DNA of 32,000 nt from Moraxella nasicaprae (GTDB lineage: Bacteria > Pseudomonadota > Gammaproteobacteria > Pseudomonadales > Moraxellaceae): positions 2,040,001 to 2,072,000 of the forward strand of contig NZ_CP089977.1 of assembly GCF_025643275.1 (NCBI RefSeq), read 5' to 3'. Positions 23,097 through 30,702 of this stretch are shown here, piece after piece (positions within the stretch are counted from its first letter, which is position 1; each line of letters opens with the position of its first letter). The translations under genes were made by a program, and so were the position numbers. The notes beneath the pieces were generated by a model. It saw only the letters and a list, made by a program, of their open reading frames with translations, was not told where the DNA came from and did no database searches.

Positions 23097-24236
23097 ATGA
23101 AAACTGCCTTTAACGAGCTTGGAAAATCTTATCAGACCGTGGCAAATGAGCTGGGTATTAGCAAAACCGCTCTTGTTAATGCGGTGGTTCACGGTATTTT
23201 TCCAAGCAAAAATACCAAACAATTTAAGGCAAATCTTGCCAACTATTTTATAAAAAATAAGGTCAGCGTGCCAAGCATTTTGACCCAAAGCCAAAACCCC
23301 AAAACCCCCATAAGTCAAGATAAGGATACGCTTATGCTACTTAGAAAATCCACCCTAAACCCCCAAACTCGCCGCCATTTTGGGCTTGCCAAAGACCCCT
23401 TTGATGACGAAATCCGCTCATCGGACGATATTTTTAAATCTGACGATGTCCGCTATATCCGTGAACGCCTGTATGATGTGGCGAGTAATGGTGGGTTTCT
23501 TGCGGTCATTGGCGAGAGCGGTGCAGGCAAATCTACCTTGCGAGAAGACTTACACGACCGACTTTTTAAGGACGGCAAACCTGTCATCATCATTGAACCG
23601 TATGTGTTGGCGATGGAGGATAATGACATCAAGGGCAAAACCTTAAAATCGGTACATATTGCAGAAAGCATCTTGGAGGCGGTCGCCCCAAGCGAAAAAC
23701 CCAAGAGAAGTCCAGAGGCTCGCTTTCGCCAAATCCACAAGGCTCTGACCGAAAGCCACAAGGCGGGCAATCGCCACTTGATTGTCATTGAGGAAGCTCA
23801 CGGCTTGCCCATTCCCACCTTAAAGCACCTAAAACGCTTTTATGAATTAAAAGCAGGATTTGACCGCTTGCTTGGTATTGTGCTGATTGGACAGACCGAG
23901 CTTGCCACAAAACTTGCCGAAAATAATCCTACCGTGCGTGAAGTAGTGCAACGCTGTGAGATTGCGACCTTAGAGCCTTTGACCGATGGTAAATTGGCGG
24001 GTTACTTAAAGCATAAATTTGAGCGAGCAGGAGGCGATATTAAACAAATCCTAGATGAGTCCGCCCTTGATGCCATCAGTCAGCGTCTAACCGTCAAATC
24101 TCGCACCAAAGCTGGCACGCACGAACACAGTCTACTTTATCCTTTGGCGGTCAATAACCTAGTCGCCCACGCCATGAACGAAACCGTTTATCTAGGTTTT
24201 GATAAGGTAGATGGCGATGTTATCAAGAGTATTTAA
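23097..24236 (+). CDS. Mu B-like AAA+ transposition ATPase
   Basis: Walker A is GESGAGKST and Walker B is LIVIEEAH. The gene lies immediately after the transposase. Confidence 0.85.
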   Translation: MKTAFNELGKSYQTVANELGISKTALVNAVVHGIFPSKNTKQFKANLANYFIKNKVSVPSILTQSQNPKTPISQDKDTLMLLRKSTLNPQTRRHFGLAKDPFDDEIRSSDDIFKSDDVRYIRERLYDVASNGGFLAVIGESGAGKSTLREDLHDRLFKDGKPVIIIEPYVLAMEDNDIKGKTLKSVHIAESILEAVAPSEKPKRSPEARFRQIHKALTESHKAGNRHLIVIEEAHGLPIPTLKHLKRFYELKAGFDRLLGIVLIGQTELATKLAENNPTVREVVQRCEIATLEPLTDGKLAGYLKHKFERAGGDIKQILDESALDAISQRLTVKSRTKAGTHEHSLLYPLAVNNLVAHAMNETVYLGFDKVDGDVIKSI

Positions 24237-24263
24237 ACTTGATTTAATTTTAAGGAAAAAGCC

Positions 24264-24491
24264 ATGAATAAGCATTCCAAAAACACACACATCACCCCTG
24301 AGAAACTTGCCAACCCCTTAACGGTTGGTCAGTATCTTATCTTACAAGGCAAACGCCAAGAGCTAGATGGTATGCGTTTTGAATTATCACAAATCAAGCT
24401 CCGCCAAAACCGTCAAGCAGGTTGGATTGTCCTACTGCTTATCTGCGTGATGGTGCTAATGATTGCCATGCTGTTTGTATTGACAGTCTAG
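24264..24491 (+). CDS. Small tail-anchored membrane protein (75 aa), early accessory gene
   Basis: C-terminal hydrophobic helix GWIVLLLICVMVLMIAMLFVLTV. Confidence 0.45.
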   Translation: MNKHSKNTHITPEKLANPLTVGQYLILQGKRQELDGMRFELSQIKLRQNRQAGWIVLLLICVMVLMIAMLFVLTV

Positions 24492-24500
24492 GAGCGTGTT

Positions 24501-24746
24501 ATGCCAATGATTTTGCATATTGATGATAATACCGATGCCAAAAACTCGCTAGGCTTGCTCATGCTAGATGAGGCTTTGCAAATCTTAATCAAAAATGGCG
24601 AGCTTGACAAAGACAAACTCATCAATGCCATTGCTCAAGCCAAAGATGAGTTATTTAAACTTAACAAAGACAGTGACGACAACCTGCTAAAAATGAGACT
24701 GTTTATGACCGCTCACACTTTGCAATGTCGTTATGTTGAACTTTAA
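24501..24746 (+). CDS. Hypothetical early protein (81 aa)
   Basis: Clean ORF in operon context. No family recognised. Confidence 0.4.
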   Translation: MPMILHIDDNTDAKNSLGLLMLDEALQILIKNGELDKDKLINAIAQAKDELFKLNKDSDDNLLKMRLFMTAHTLQCRYVEL

Positions 24747-24768
24747 CCCCAACCAAACGGAGTATTTT

Positions 24769-25284
24769 ATGAAAAAACCCACCAAAACCAAAGCGGTCGC
24801 CCTACAAGCATGCCAAAGCCTTGATGAAGCCCAAAGCATTATCAAAACCATTGGCGAGCATAACCGTGAAATTACACGACTGACAGGACAAATGAACGAT
24901 GAAGTGGCGGACATTACCCAAAGCTATGCCGAAAAAATCAATCCTTTAAAACTTGCCGTTGATACGCTGACACCCAAGCTACAAATTTGGTGTGAAGCAA
25001 ACCGTGCAATGCTGTTAAAAGACGGTGGCAAAACCGCAAACCTTATCACAGGCGAGGTGTCGTGGCGTATCCGTCCGCCATCTGTGAGCTTGCGTAAGAT
25101 TGATGAAGTGATTGAGCGACTAGAACGCTTTGGATTGCACCGCTTTATCCGTACCAAAAAGGAGGTAAACAAAGATGCTATTTTAAATGAACCCAATGCC
25201 GTAACCGACATCAGCGGTATTACCATCAGCACAGGTGTGGAGGATTTTATCGTCTCGCCCTTTGAAATTGATGTCAAACCTTAA
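24769..25284 (+). CDS. gam: Gam-like host-nuclease inhibitor
   Basis: ATG 24769 has GGAG 8 nt upstream. ..LDEAQSIIKTIGEHNREITRLTGQMNDEVADI...GEVSWRIRPPSVSL.. is typical of Mu Gam. Confidence 0.8.
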   Translation: MKKPTKTKAVALQACQSLDEAQSIIKTIGEHNREITRLTGQMNDEVADITQSYAEKINPLKLAVDTLTPKLQIWCEANRAMLLKDGGKTANLITGEVSWRIRPPSVSLRKIDEVIERLERFGLHRFIRTKKEVNKDAILNEPNAVTDISGITISTGVEDFIVSPFEIDVKP

Positions 25285-25309
25285 TTTCAACCTAAAAAGG
25301 AAAACCCCT

Positions 25310-25582
25310 ATGAATAAACAAGAACTGATCCAAGCCGTAGCCGACAAATCTGGCTTGACCCAAAAAGATGCCAAAACCGCCCTTGATGCGACTTTGGCGG
25401 TTGTTTCTGACACCCTAGCACAAGGCGATGAAGTAGTGTTGGTGGGCTTTGGCACTTTTTCGGTGCGTGAACAAAAAGCCCGTACAGGGCGTAACCCCCA
25501 AACAGGCGAAAAAATCCAAGTACCCGCCAAAAAAGTCCCATCGTTTAAAGCTGGCAAAGGCTTAAAAGAAGCGGTTAATTAA
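25310..25582 (+). CDS. HU-family DNA-binding protein (phage-encoded)
   Basis: MNKQELIQAVADKSGLTQKDAKTALDA...GFGTFSVREQKARTGRNPQTGEKIQVPAKKVPSFKAGKGLKEAV is full-length HU/IHF fold sequence. Confidence 0.9.
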   Translation: MNKQELIQAVADKSGLTQKDAKTALDATLAVVSDTLAQGDEVVLVGFGTFSVREQKARTGRNPQTGEKIQVPAKKVPSFKAGKGLKEAVN

Positions 25583-25650
25583 ACACACCAAGCCCAAATG
25601 ATAAGCAGGGGCAAGCCTTGCTTATCATTACCCATTAAGGAAAAATCAAC

Positions 25651-26124
25651 ATGAGCCAACATAAAACCAAAAGAACTGCTTTAAACAGACCTAAACTTAT
25701 CCAGCTTATTCACATTGGTAAAAGCCAATTACACCTTGATGATGATACTTACCGCTCGCTCCTCATGTCAATGACTGGCAAAGACAGCACCAAAGCGATG
25801 AATATCGGCGAATTAAACAAAGTATTGGCAAGATTAAAACAGCTTGGGTTTGTGGTAACGCATAAGAAAAAAGACCCAAAGCCCATAGACGATAAGGCAA
25901 GTCTTTACATAGAACGACAAATCAAACTTATCCGTCATCTGTGGCTAGAATTGCACGAATTAGGAGCGGTTAGAAATGGTAGTGAGCAAGCACTGGCAAG
26001 CTATATCAAAAATCAAACCCAAACCGCCATAGAAGCCCTAGATAGTGAGCAAGCCAGCAACATCATAGAACGCCTAAAAAACTGGCGTAAGCGACTAGAA
26101 AAGCCAAACCAAACAAACACTTAA
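25651..26124 (+). CDS. GemA / Mu gp16-like protein (DUF1018)
   Basis: LIQLIHIGKSQLHLDDDTYRSLLMSMTGKDSTKAMNIGELNKVLARLKQLGF matches the family hallmark. Confidence 0.75.
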   Translation: MSQHKTKRTALNRPKLIQLIHIGKSQLHLDDDTYRSLLMSMTGKDSTKAMNIGELNKVLARLKQLGFVVTHKKKDPKPIDDKASLYIERQIKLIRHLWLELHELGAVRNGSEQALASYIKNQTQTAIEALDSEQASNIIERLKNWRKRLEKPNQTNT

Positions 26125-26138
26125 CCAAGGAAGCCAAA

Positions 26139-26480
26139 ATGAGCAAATCTCGCCAACACGAATTTAGTCAAGCCCTATATGACATCATCTACCACGCCCT
26201 GCTCGGTCAAGGCGTGGATAAGACACAGGCAACCGCCATTGCCGAAGAAAGTACCGACACCGTGCTTGATGAGTTTGGCGGCGAGAATTTGTACATTCCA
26301 AAAAACATCTCAGGCAAAGCCGCTCGCCGTAACCGCCAAATCTATGATGAGTTTACAGGCGACAATCACGATGAGCTTGCCAAAAAATATGACATCACAT
26401 TACAGCGTGTCTATGCCATCATCAAAGAACAACGCCAATTTGAGTTTAACACCCGCCAGTTTTGCTTGTGGGACGATTGA
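26139..26480 (+). CDS. mor: Mor/C-family transcriptional activator
   Basis: ..ENLYIPK...RNRQIYDEFTGDNHDELAKKYDITLQRVYAIIKEQR is a C-terminal HTH typical of Mor. It is the last gene of the early/middle block. Confidence 0.8.
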   Translation: MSKSRQHEFSQALYDIIYHALLGQGVDKTQATAIAEESTDTVLDEFGGENLYIPKNISGKAARRNRQIYDEFTGDNHDELAKKYDITLQRVYAIIKEQRQFEFNTRQFCLWDD

Positions 26481-26510
26481 TGTTACCCAAACGCCCCACA
26501 AAAGGCGGTC

Positions 26511-26532
26511 AAAAACGGTCAAAACCGTTTTT
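26511..26532 (+). terminator. Rho-independent terminator after mor
   Basis: aaaaacgg / tcaaaa / ccgttttt. Confidence 0.55.
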
Positions 26533-26536
26533 AAGA

Positions 26537-26640
26537 CCCTTATCCCACCAAATCCCCACATTACCCCAAATACGCCCTAAAAGCCCCTAAAATCGCCCAT
26601 CTTCAAATCCTAGTAAAATCCTTAAATTTCCCACCGAATT
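26537..26640. promoter_or_regulatory. Helically phased C-tract/A-tract array upstream of the head-operon promoter
   Basis: CCC(C) runs start at 26537, 26544, 26554, 26564, 26575, 26584 and 26596. Each central unit reads CCC(C)-t/a-AAA(A). Spacing is ~10-11 nt. Confidence 0.5.
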
Positions 26641-26641
26641 T

Positions 26642-26685
26642 CTTAAAATGTTTTAAAAGACCAATCCGCCAAAGTCTTGCATAAT
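26642..26685 (+). promoter_or_regulatory. Late (PI-like) activator-dependent promoter of the head operon
   Basis: aatttc-TTAAAATGTTTTAAAAGAC-N18-CATAATAGCCCAAAA. It aligns with the minus-strand promoter at 17566-17610 at identical spacing. Confidence 0.6.
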
Positions 26686-26711
26686 AGCCCAAAAAATATG
26701 GGGTTAATGTT

Positions 26712-27776
26712 ATGCAAACCATACAACACGAAATCTTTATCGCTGGCACACGAGCCGATAACTCGGGCAAAGAAGTTACCATCACGCCTGACGACCTTAA
26801 TGCCATTGCACAGGGCTACAATCCAAGTTTTCACGAAGCTCCTATCGTCATCGGACACCCTGATGACAACGCTCCCGCTTATGGCTGGGTCAAATCGCTA
26901 TCCGCCAAAGGCGACAAACTGTATGCAGAATTTGGCGAAATGGACGCAGGCTTTGTGGACTTAGTTAAACAGGGTCGTTATAAGAAAATCTCAGCCTCTT
27001 TTTATCCACCCAAACACCCAAGTAACCCTAAGCCTGAGAGTTGGTATTTACGCCACATTGGGTTTTTGGGGGCTTTACCTCCTGCGGTCAAAGGCTTATC
27101 GCCTGTGAGTTTTAATGATAATAGCAACGGTGTTGTCAGCTTTGGCGAGCTGTCCGAGAGTGAAAAACTCATCTTTGATATTAAGAGCGTCTTTGCTAGA
27201 TTTTTTAATTTTAGCGAAGCCCCTGTCAGCCAAGACGATAACCCCAATCCAAGCGTAAGCACAGATGAGCCATCAAAAATTGCCACCAGTGGCGATAAAT
27301 CTGATAACCCTAACCCAACCCCTAACAACCAAAGCGAGAATACAATGAATCAAGATGTAACCGAAGCACTGGCACGAGCCGAAAAAGCCGAAGCTGAACT
27401 TGCCAAGTTTAAAGCTCTTCAAGCCAAAAAAGAGCGAGATTTGGCAAATACCCAAAACGCAAACTTTGCTGAAACTCTGGTTAAAGCAGGACAGATTAAG
27501 CCCTGCGACAAAGATTTGCTCGTTCAAGTGTTAAACTTTGCCGAATTTCCAAACGACACCACTGCTGATTTTGGCGAAGGCGATGACAAAAAGCCATTGG
27601 CGGTCGCCCTTAAAGAATTTTTGGGCAACTTGCCAAAACAGCATTCACATTTAACCGACAAAGTTACCAAAAGCACGGTCAATTTTAGCGAGAGCCTGAC
27701 CCACCACGAGCGAGCGGTTGCCTTGATGAAATCTGAAAACATCAGCTACGAAGAAGCGGCACGCCGTACGGCTTGA
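26712..27776 (+). CDS. Mu I-like head protease / scaffold protein
   Basis: The N-terminal half has ..IVIGHPDDNAPAYGWVKSLSAKGDKLYAEF...GRYKKISASF.. (Mu-like prophage protease pattern). The C-terminal half is an acidic/coiled-coil scaffold-like region. Confidence 0.7.
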   Translation: MQTIQHEIFIAGTRADNSGKEVTITPDDLNAIAQGYNPSFHEAPIVIGHPDDNAPAYGWVKSLSAKGDKLYAEFGEMDAGFVDLVKQGRYKKISASFYPPKHPSNPKPESWYLRHIGFLGALPPAVKGLSPVSFNDNSNGVVSFGELSESEKLIFDIKSVFARFFNFSEAPVSQDDNPNPSVSTDEPSKIATSGDKSDNPNPTPNNQSENTMNQDVTEALARAEKAEAELAKFKALQAKKERDLANTQNANFAETLVKAGQIKPCDKDLLVQVLNFAEFPNDTTADFGEGDDKKPLAVALKEFLGNLPKQHSHLTDKVTKSTVNFSESLTHHERAVALMKSENISYEEAARRTA

Positions 27777-27799
27777 TTTTTAAATAATTTTAGGAGTAT

Positions 27800-28732
27800 A
27801 TGATGAGTGCAACACATCTATCACATCTGCGTGGCAAAGACGAAGTTTTAAGCAATCTTGCCTTGGGCTATATGCAGTCAGATTTTATTGGCGAGCGGAT
27901 TATGCCTGTGGTTTATACCGATAAAGAGGGTATCAAGGTACCAGTTTTTGGCAAGGGTTCGCTGGTGGAATACGAAACCGAGCGAGCAGTCGGTGCAGCA
28001 AGCAACATCATCACGCTAGACAAACCCACGACAATGCCTGTGGTGCTAGAAGAACACGATTTAGCCGCAGGCGTGGATTACCGTGAAGCTCACGAGAGCC
28101 AATTTGACGAACACGCCAAAGCCACCCGTCGTGTCACCCAAGGCGTACAGCTTCGTCAAGAAGCAGAAATCGCTCGCCTTATCCAAACCAAATCTGTCTA
28201 TGCTAACGCCCACAGCAAGGACTTTGCGTCTGCTAAATGGACGAGCGAAGATGCTGATATTCAGACCATCATTGACGATGCCAAAGAGCAGGTTCGAAGT
28301 GCCGCAGGTGTAACGCCCAAGACACTCGTGCTAAGTGGGCAAGTTTACAGCCAAATCCGCCGAAGTGCCAAACTTCGCTCACTGATTAGCGATAATAGCA
28401 ACAAGCCTTTGCTGAATGTTGCCACGCTCAAAGAGCTGTTAGAGCTTGATGAAATTCTCATCGGTAATGCGGTGTCTATCCCTGTGGGCAATAAGCAAAC
28501 TAAGCCAATCTGGGGTAATTTTGCCAGTCTGATTGTCCGCCCAGACCAAGTACCGAGCGGTAATGATGAGGGCGTACCTGCCTTTGGCTATACTTTCCGT
28601 CGCCGCGGGCTACCTATCGTGGACAGATATGATGGCGAAGGCGGTAAGGTGCAATATGTGCGTTATACCGACATTCGCAAAGCCGCTGTCGTGGGCGGTG
28701 CGTGTGGCTTCTTATTTGAAAATGTGATTTAA
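27800..28732 (+). CDS. Major capsid protein (lambda gpE-like / HK97-fold family rather than Mu T-like)
   Basis: 310 aa directly after the protease-scaffold gene. The N-terminal ..LSNLALGYMQSDFIGERIMPVV.. resembles the phage major capsid protein E family. The start may be the second ATG at 27803. Confidence 0.7.
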   Translation: MMSATHLSHLRGKDEVLSNLALGYMQSDFIGERIMPVVYTDKEGIKVPVFGKGSLVEYETERAVGAASNIITLDKPTTMPVVLEEHDLAAGVDYREAHESQFDEHAKATRRVTQGVQLRQEAEIARLIQTKSVYANAHSKDFASAKWTSEDADIQTIIDDAKEQVRSAAGVTPKTLVLSGQVYSQIRRSAKLRSLISDNSNKPLLNVATLKELLELDEILIGNAVSIPVGNKQTKPIWGNFASLIVRPDQVPSGNDEGVPAFGYTFRRRGLPIVDRYDGEGGKVQYVRYTDIRKAAVVGGACGFLFENVI

Positions 28733-28747
28733 CCTTTGGAGATTAAA

Positions 28748-28999
28748 ATGACCAAAATTACCCAAGAAGACTTGCAAGCCTTGATTGCAAAAGAAGAATA
28801 TGCTCGCTTTGGCGAAACCTGCACGGTGTGTGCCTTGACTTTAAAAAGTGGCTATACCGTGATTGGCAAATCTGGCTGTATTGACCCCAAGCAGTTTGAT
28901 GAAAACATTGGTCGTAAAATTGCCTTTGACAATGCCATTAACGAGCTGTGGGCATTGCACGGCTACCACATCAAAAACACACTTTTACAAGGGGAATAA
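28748..28999 (+). CDS. Small head-associated protein (Gp49-like)
   Basis: ATG 28748 has GGAG 4 nt upstream. 83 aa; ..TVCALTLKSGYTVIGKSGCIDPKQFDENIGRKIAFDNA.. pattern. Confidence 0.5.
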   Translation: MTKITQEDLQALIAKEEYARFGETCTVCALTLKSGYTVIGKSGCIDPKQFDENIGRKIAFDNAINELWALHGYHIKNTLLQGE

Positions 29000-29001
29000 C
29001 A

Positions 29002-29331
29002 ATGGCAAATCCAACCAAATCAGCACTCGTTGCTGTAACCATGCTGGCAATGAGCGAACTTATCGGCAATCGCTTTGTCAGTGCAAAAGGCAGACAAGCC
29101 ACAGCCGATGACCCTATCTTTGGCATTGTCCCTGTGGACGCCAAAGCTGGCGAGTCTGTGGCAGTAGAAATTTTGGGTGTAGGCATTGTGGAATCTGGCG
29201 GTGCGATTGAGCAAGGCGATAAAGTGGCTTCCGATGCCCAAGGCTGTGCCATCAAATCCGAGACAGGGCAATTTCTTGCCCTATCATCAGCAAGTGGTGC
29301 AAACGAACCAGTCAAAGTCTTATTGCGTTAG
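29002..29331 (+). CDS. DUF2190-like head decoration / cement protein
   Basis: 109 aa from ATG 29002. ..GESVAVEILGVGIVESGGAIEQGDKVASDAQG.. is typical of this family next to capsid genes. Confidence 0.55.
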   Translation: MANPTKSALVAVTMLAMSELIGNRFVSAKGRQATADDPIFGIVPVDAKAGESVAVEILGVGIVESGGAIEQGDKVASDAQGCAIKSETGQFLALSSASGANEPVKVLLR

Positions 29332-29337
29332 GCGTAG

Positions 29338-29357
29338 GGGCGAATTGCAATTCGCCC
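29338..29357 (+). promoter_or_regulatory. GC-rich palindromic hairpin after the capsid/decoration genes (no U-tract)
   Basis: gggcgaatt-gc-aattcgccc. Confidence 0.45.
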
Positions 29358-29399
29358 TGATAAATCGTACAAATTAAAAATTTTTAAGGAAATAATCCT

Positions 29400-29708
29400 A
29401 TGAAAAAAGTCCAAGTAAACACACCTTTAATCCTTGAACAAAATGGCGAGCTGGTACGCATTGACACAGGCTCGGTGATTGAATTGCCTGATGATGTCTA
29501 TGCCGAAGTCTCAGCACATACTACGCTACTTGATGATGTGTCAGATGAACCTGTTTTTGAACCTGAGCCAATGCCAGAAATTCAAGATGAGCCAACTAAT
29601 GAAGTTGCTCCACAAGTGGACGAAACCGCTGATGACGACACAGTCAGCGATGAAGTGGCTACCACCGAAACTGCTGAACCCAAAAAATCCACTCGCAAAA
29701 AGGCTTAA
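29400..29708 (+). CDS. Highly acidic hypothetical head-module protein (102 aa)
   Basis: A ~40-aa N-terminal domain, then a D/E/P/T-rich tail (..DEPVFEPEPMPEIQDEPTNE..DETADDDTVSDE..), ending in KKSTRKKA. Confidence 0.5.
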   Translation: MKKVQVNTPLILEQNGELVRIDTGSVIELPDDVYAEVSAHTTLLDDVSDEPVFEPEPMPEIQDEPTNEVAPQVDETADDDTVSDEVATTETAEPKKSTRKKA

Positions 29709-29711
29709 CCA

Positions 29712-30179
29712 ATGAACCACACCGCCCCTTATGTCAGTCGTGAAGATATGGTTGCCTTGTGTAGCAAGGTAGAGCTTATCCAGCTTAGTCGTGATGACCT
29801 AGAAAACCATTATGATTATCAAGACATCGAGCCTGATTGGACGGTGGTGGATAAAGCAATCAGCCACGCTTGCCAAGTGGCGGACGGTTATTTGGCGGGG
29901 CGTTATGCTCTGCCTTTGCAATCTGTGCCAACGCTACTGAATACTTGGTGTGGCGACATCGCACGCTATTGGCTACACAAACGGCGGATTAACGCCAGCG
30001 AACTGCCAAAGCCCCTACAAGCCGCCTATGACGATGCTCTAAAAATGCTAGGACTTGTGCGAGATGGTAAGGTGCATTTATTTGCCACCGACCTTGCCAA
30101 AAATGAAAACGCCTTACACAAAGAGCGTGGGGCGTACCGAGTACGCTCTCGTGGCAAGAGTGATTGGAGTGGTTACTGA
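29712..30179 (+). CDS. Mu gp36-like head-tail connector protein (DUF1320)
   Basis: ..AISHACQVADGYLAGRYALPL...LLNTWCGDIARYWLHKRR.. pattern. Confidence 0.65.
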   Translation: MNHTAPYVSREDMVALCSKVELIQLSRDDLENHYDYQDIEPDWTVVDKAISHACQVADGYLAGRYALPLQSVPTLLNTWCGDIARYWLHKRRINASELPKPLQAAYDDALKMLGLVRDGKVHLFATDLAKNENALHKERGAYRVRSRGKSDWSGY

Positions 30180-30685
30180 TGGCGGACAGCATGACTTTGG
30201 CGATTTTGGCAAGCGTGCGAGAAAAACTTCGTCAAGACTTGCCAAGCGTAGAAGTGGATTTATTTCCTGATAATCCTGCTACTTATCGCTTTATTCACGC
30301 TGTTGGGGCGGTATTGATTGGTTATCAGGGGTCGGATTATGAGATGACGGACGACACGCACGCCATTGTCCAAACTCGTAAATTAACCTTTTCACTGACC
30401 GTCTTTGGGCGTGGCGTACACCACGATAAGGGGGCGATTGCCCTCTTGGATAAAGTGCGAGCAGTCATCACAGGCTTTCGCCCTAAGCATTGCAACAAAA
30501 TTCATCTATTAAGCGAACGCTATCTGCACCAAGACGGTGGGGCGTGGCAATATGAGCTGAAAGTACGCACCGAGACCCAAAGTGTGGAAGTTTGTCAGAG
30601 CGACAATCGTCCCAAAGTGGTGCAAGTCCACACAAGACGCCCCTTTGACCCTTTAAATTCAACCCTTAAAAAGAAAACCCCTTAA
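30179..30685 (+). CDS. Mu gp37-like protein (DUF1834)
   Basis: ATG 30179 overlaps the upstream TGA (TGATG). MADSMTLAILASVREKLRQDLPSVEVDLFPDNP... Confidence 0.6.
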   Translation: MADSMTLAILASVREKLRQDLPSVEVDLFPDNPATYRFIHAVGAVLIGYQGSDYEMTDDTHAIVQTRKLTFSLTVFGRGVHHDKGAIALLDKVRAVITGFRPKHCNKIHLLSERYLHQDGGAWQYELKVRTETQSVEVCQSDNRPKVVQVHTRRPFDPLNSTLKKKTP

Positions 30686-30702
30686 CTTAAAAGGAGTATT
30701 TT

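Noticed and set aside
24924-25557. Minus-strand ORFs 24924-25277, 25183-25557 and 25308-25541
   Set aside because: They are antisense to the gam and HU genes, both of which are unambiguous.
26179-26580. 133-aa plus-strand ORF in an alternative frame of mor
   Set aside because: It overlaps the Mor-family ORF, which has a clear HTH signature. Its Pro/Thr/Ser-rich composition is typical of an off-frame translation.
26537-26640. Possible CRISPR-like or tandem-repeat array
   Set aside because: The periodic units are only 3-4 nt tracts at ~10-nt spacing. There are no 25-40 nt repeats, no unique spacers and no cas genes.
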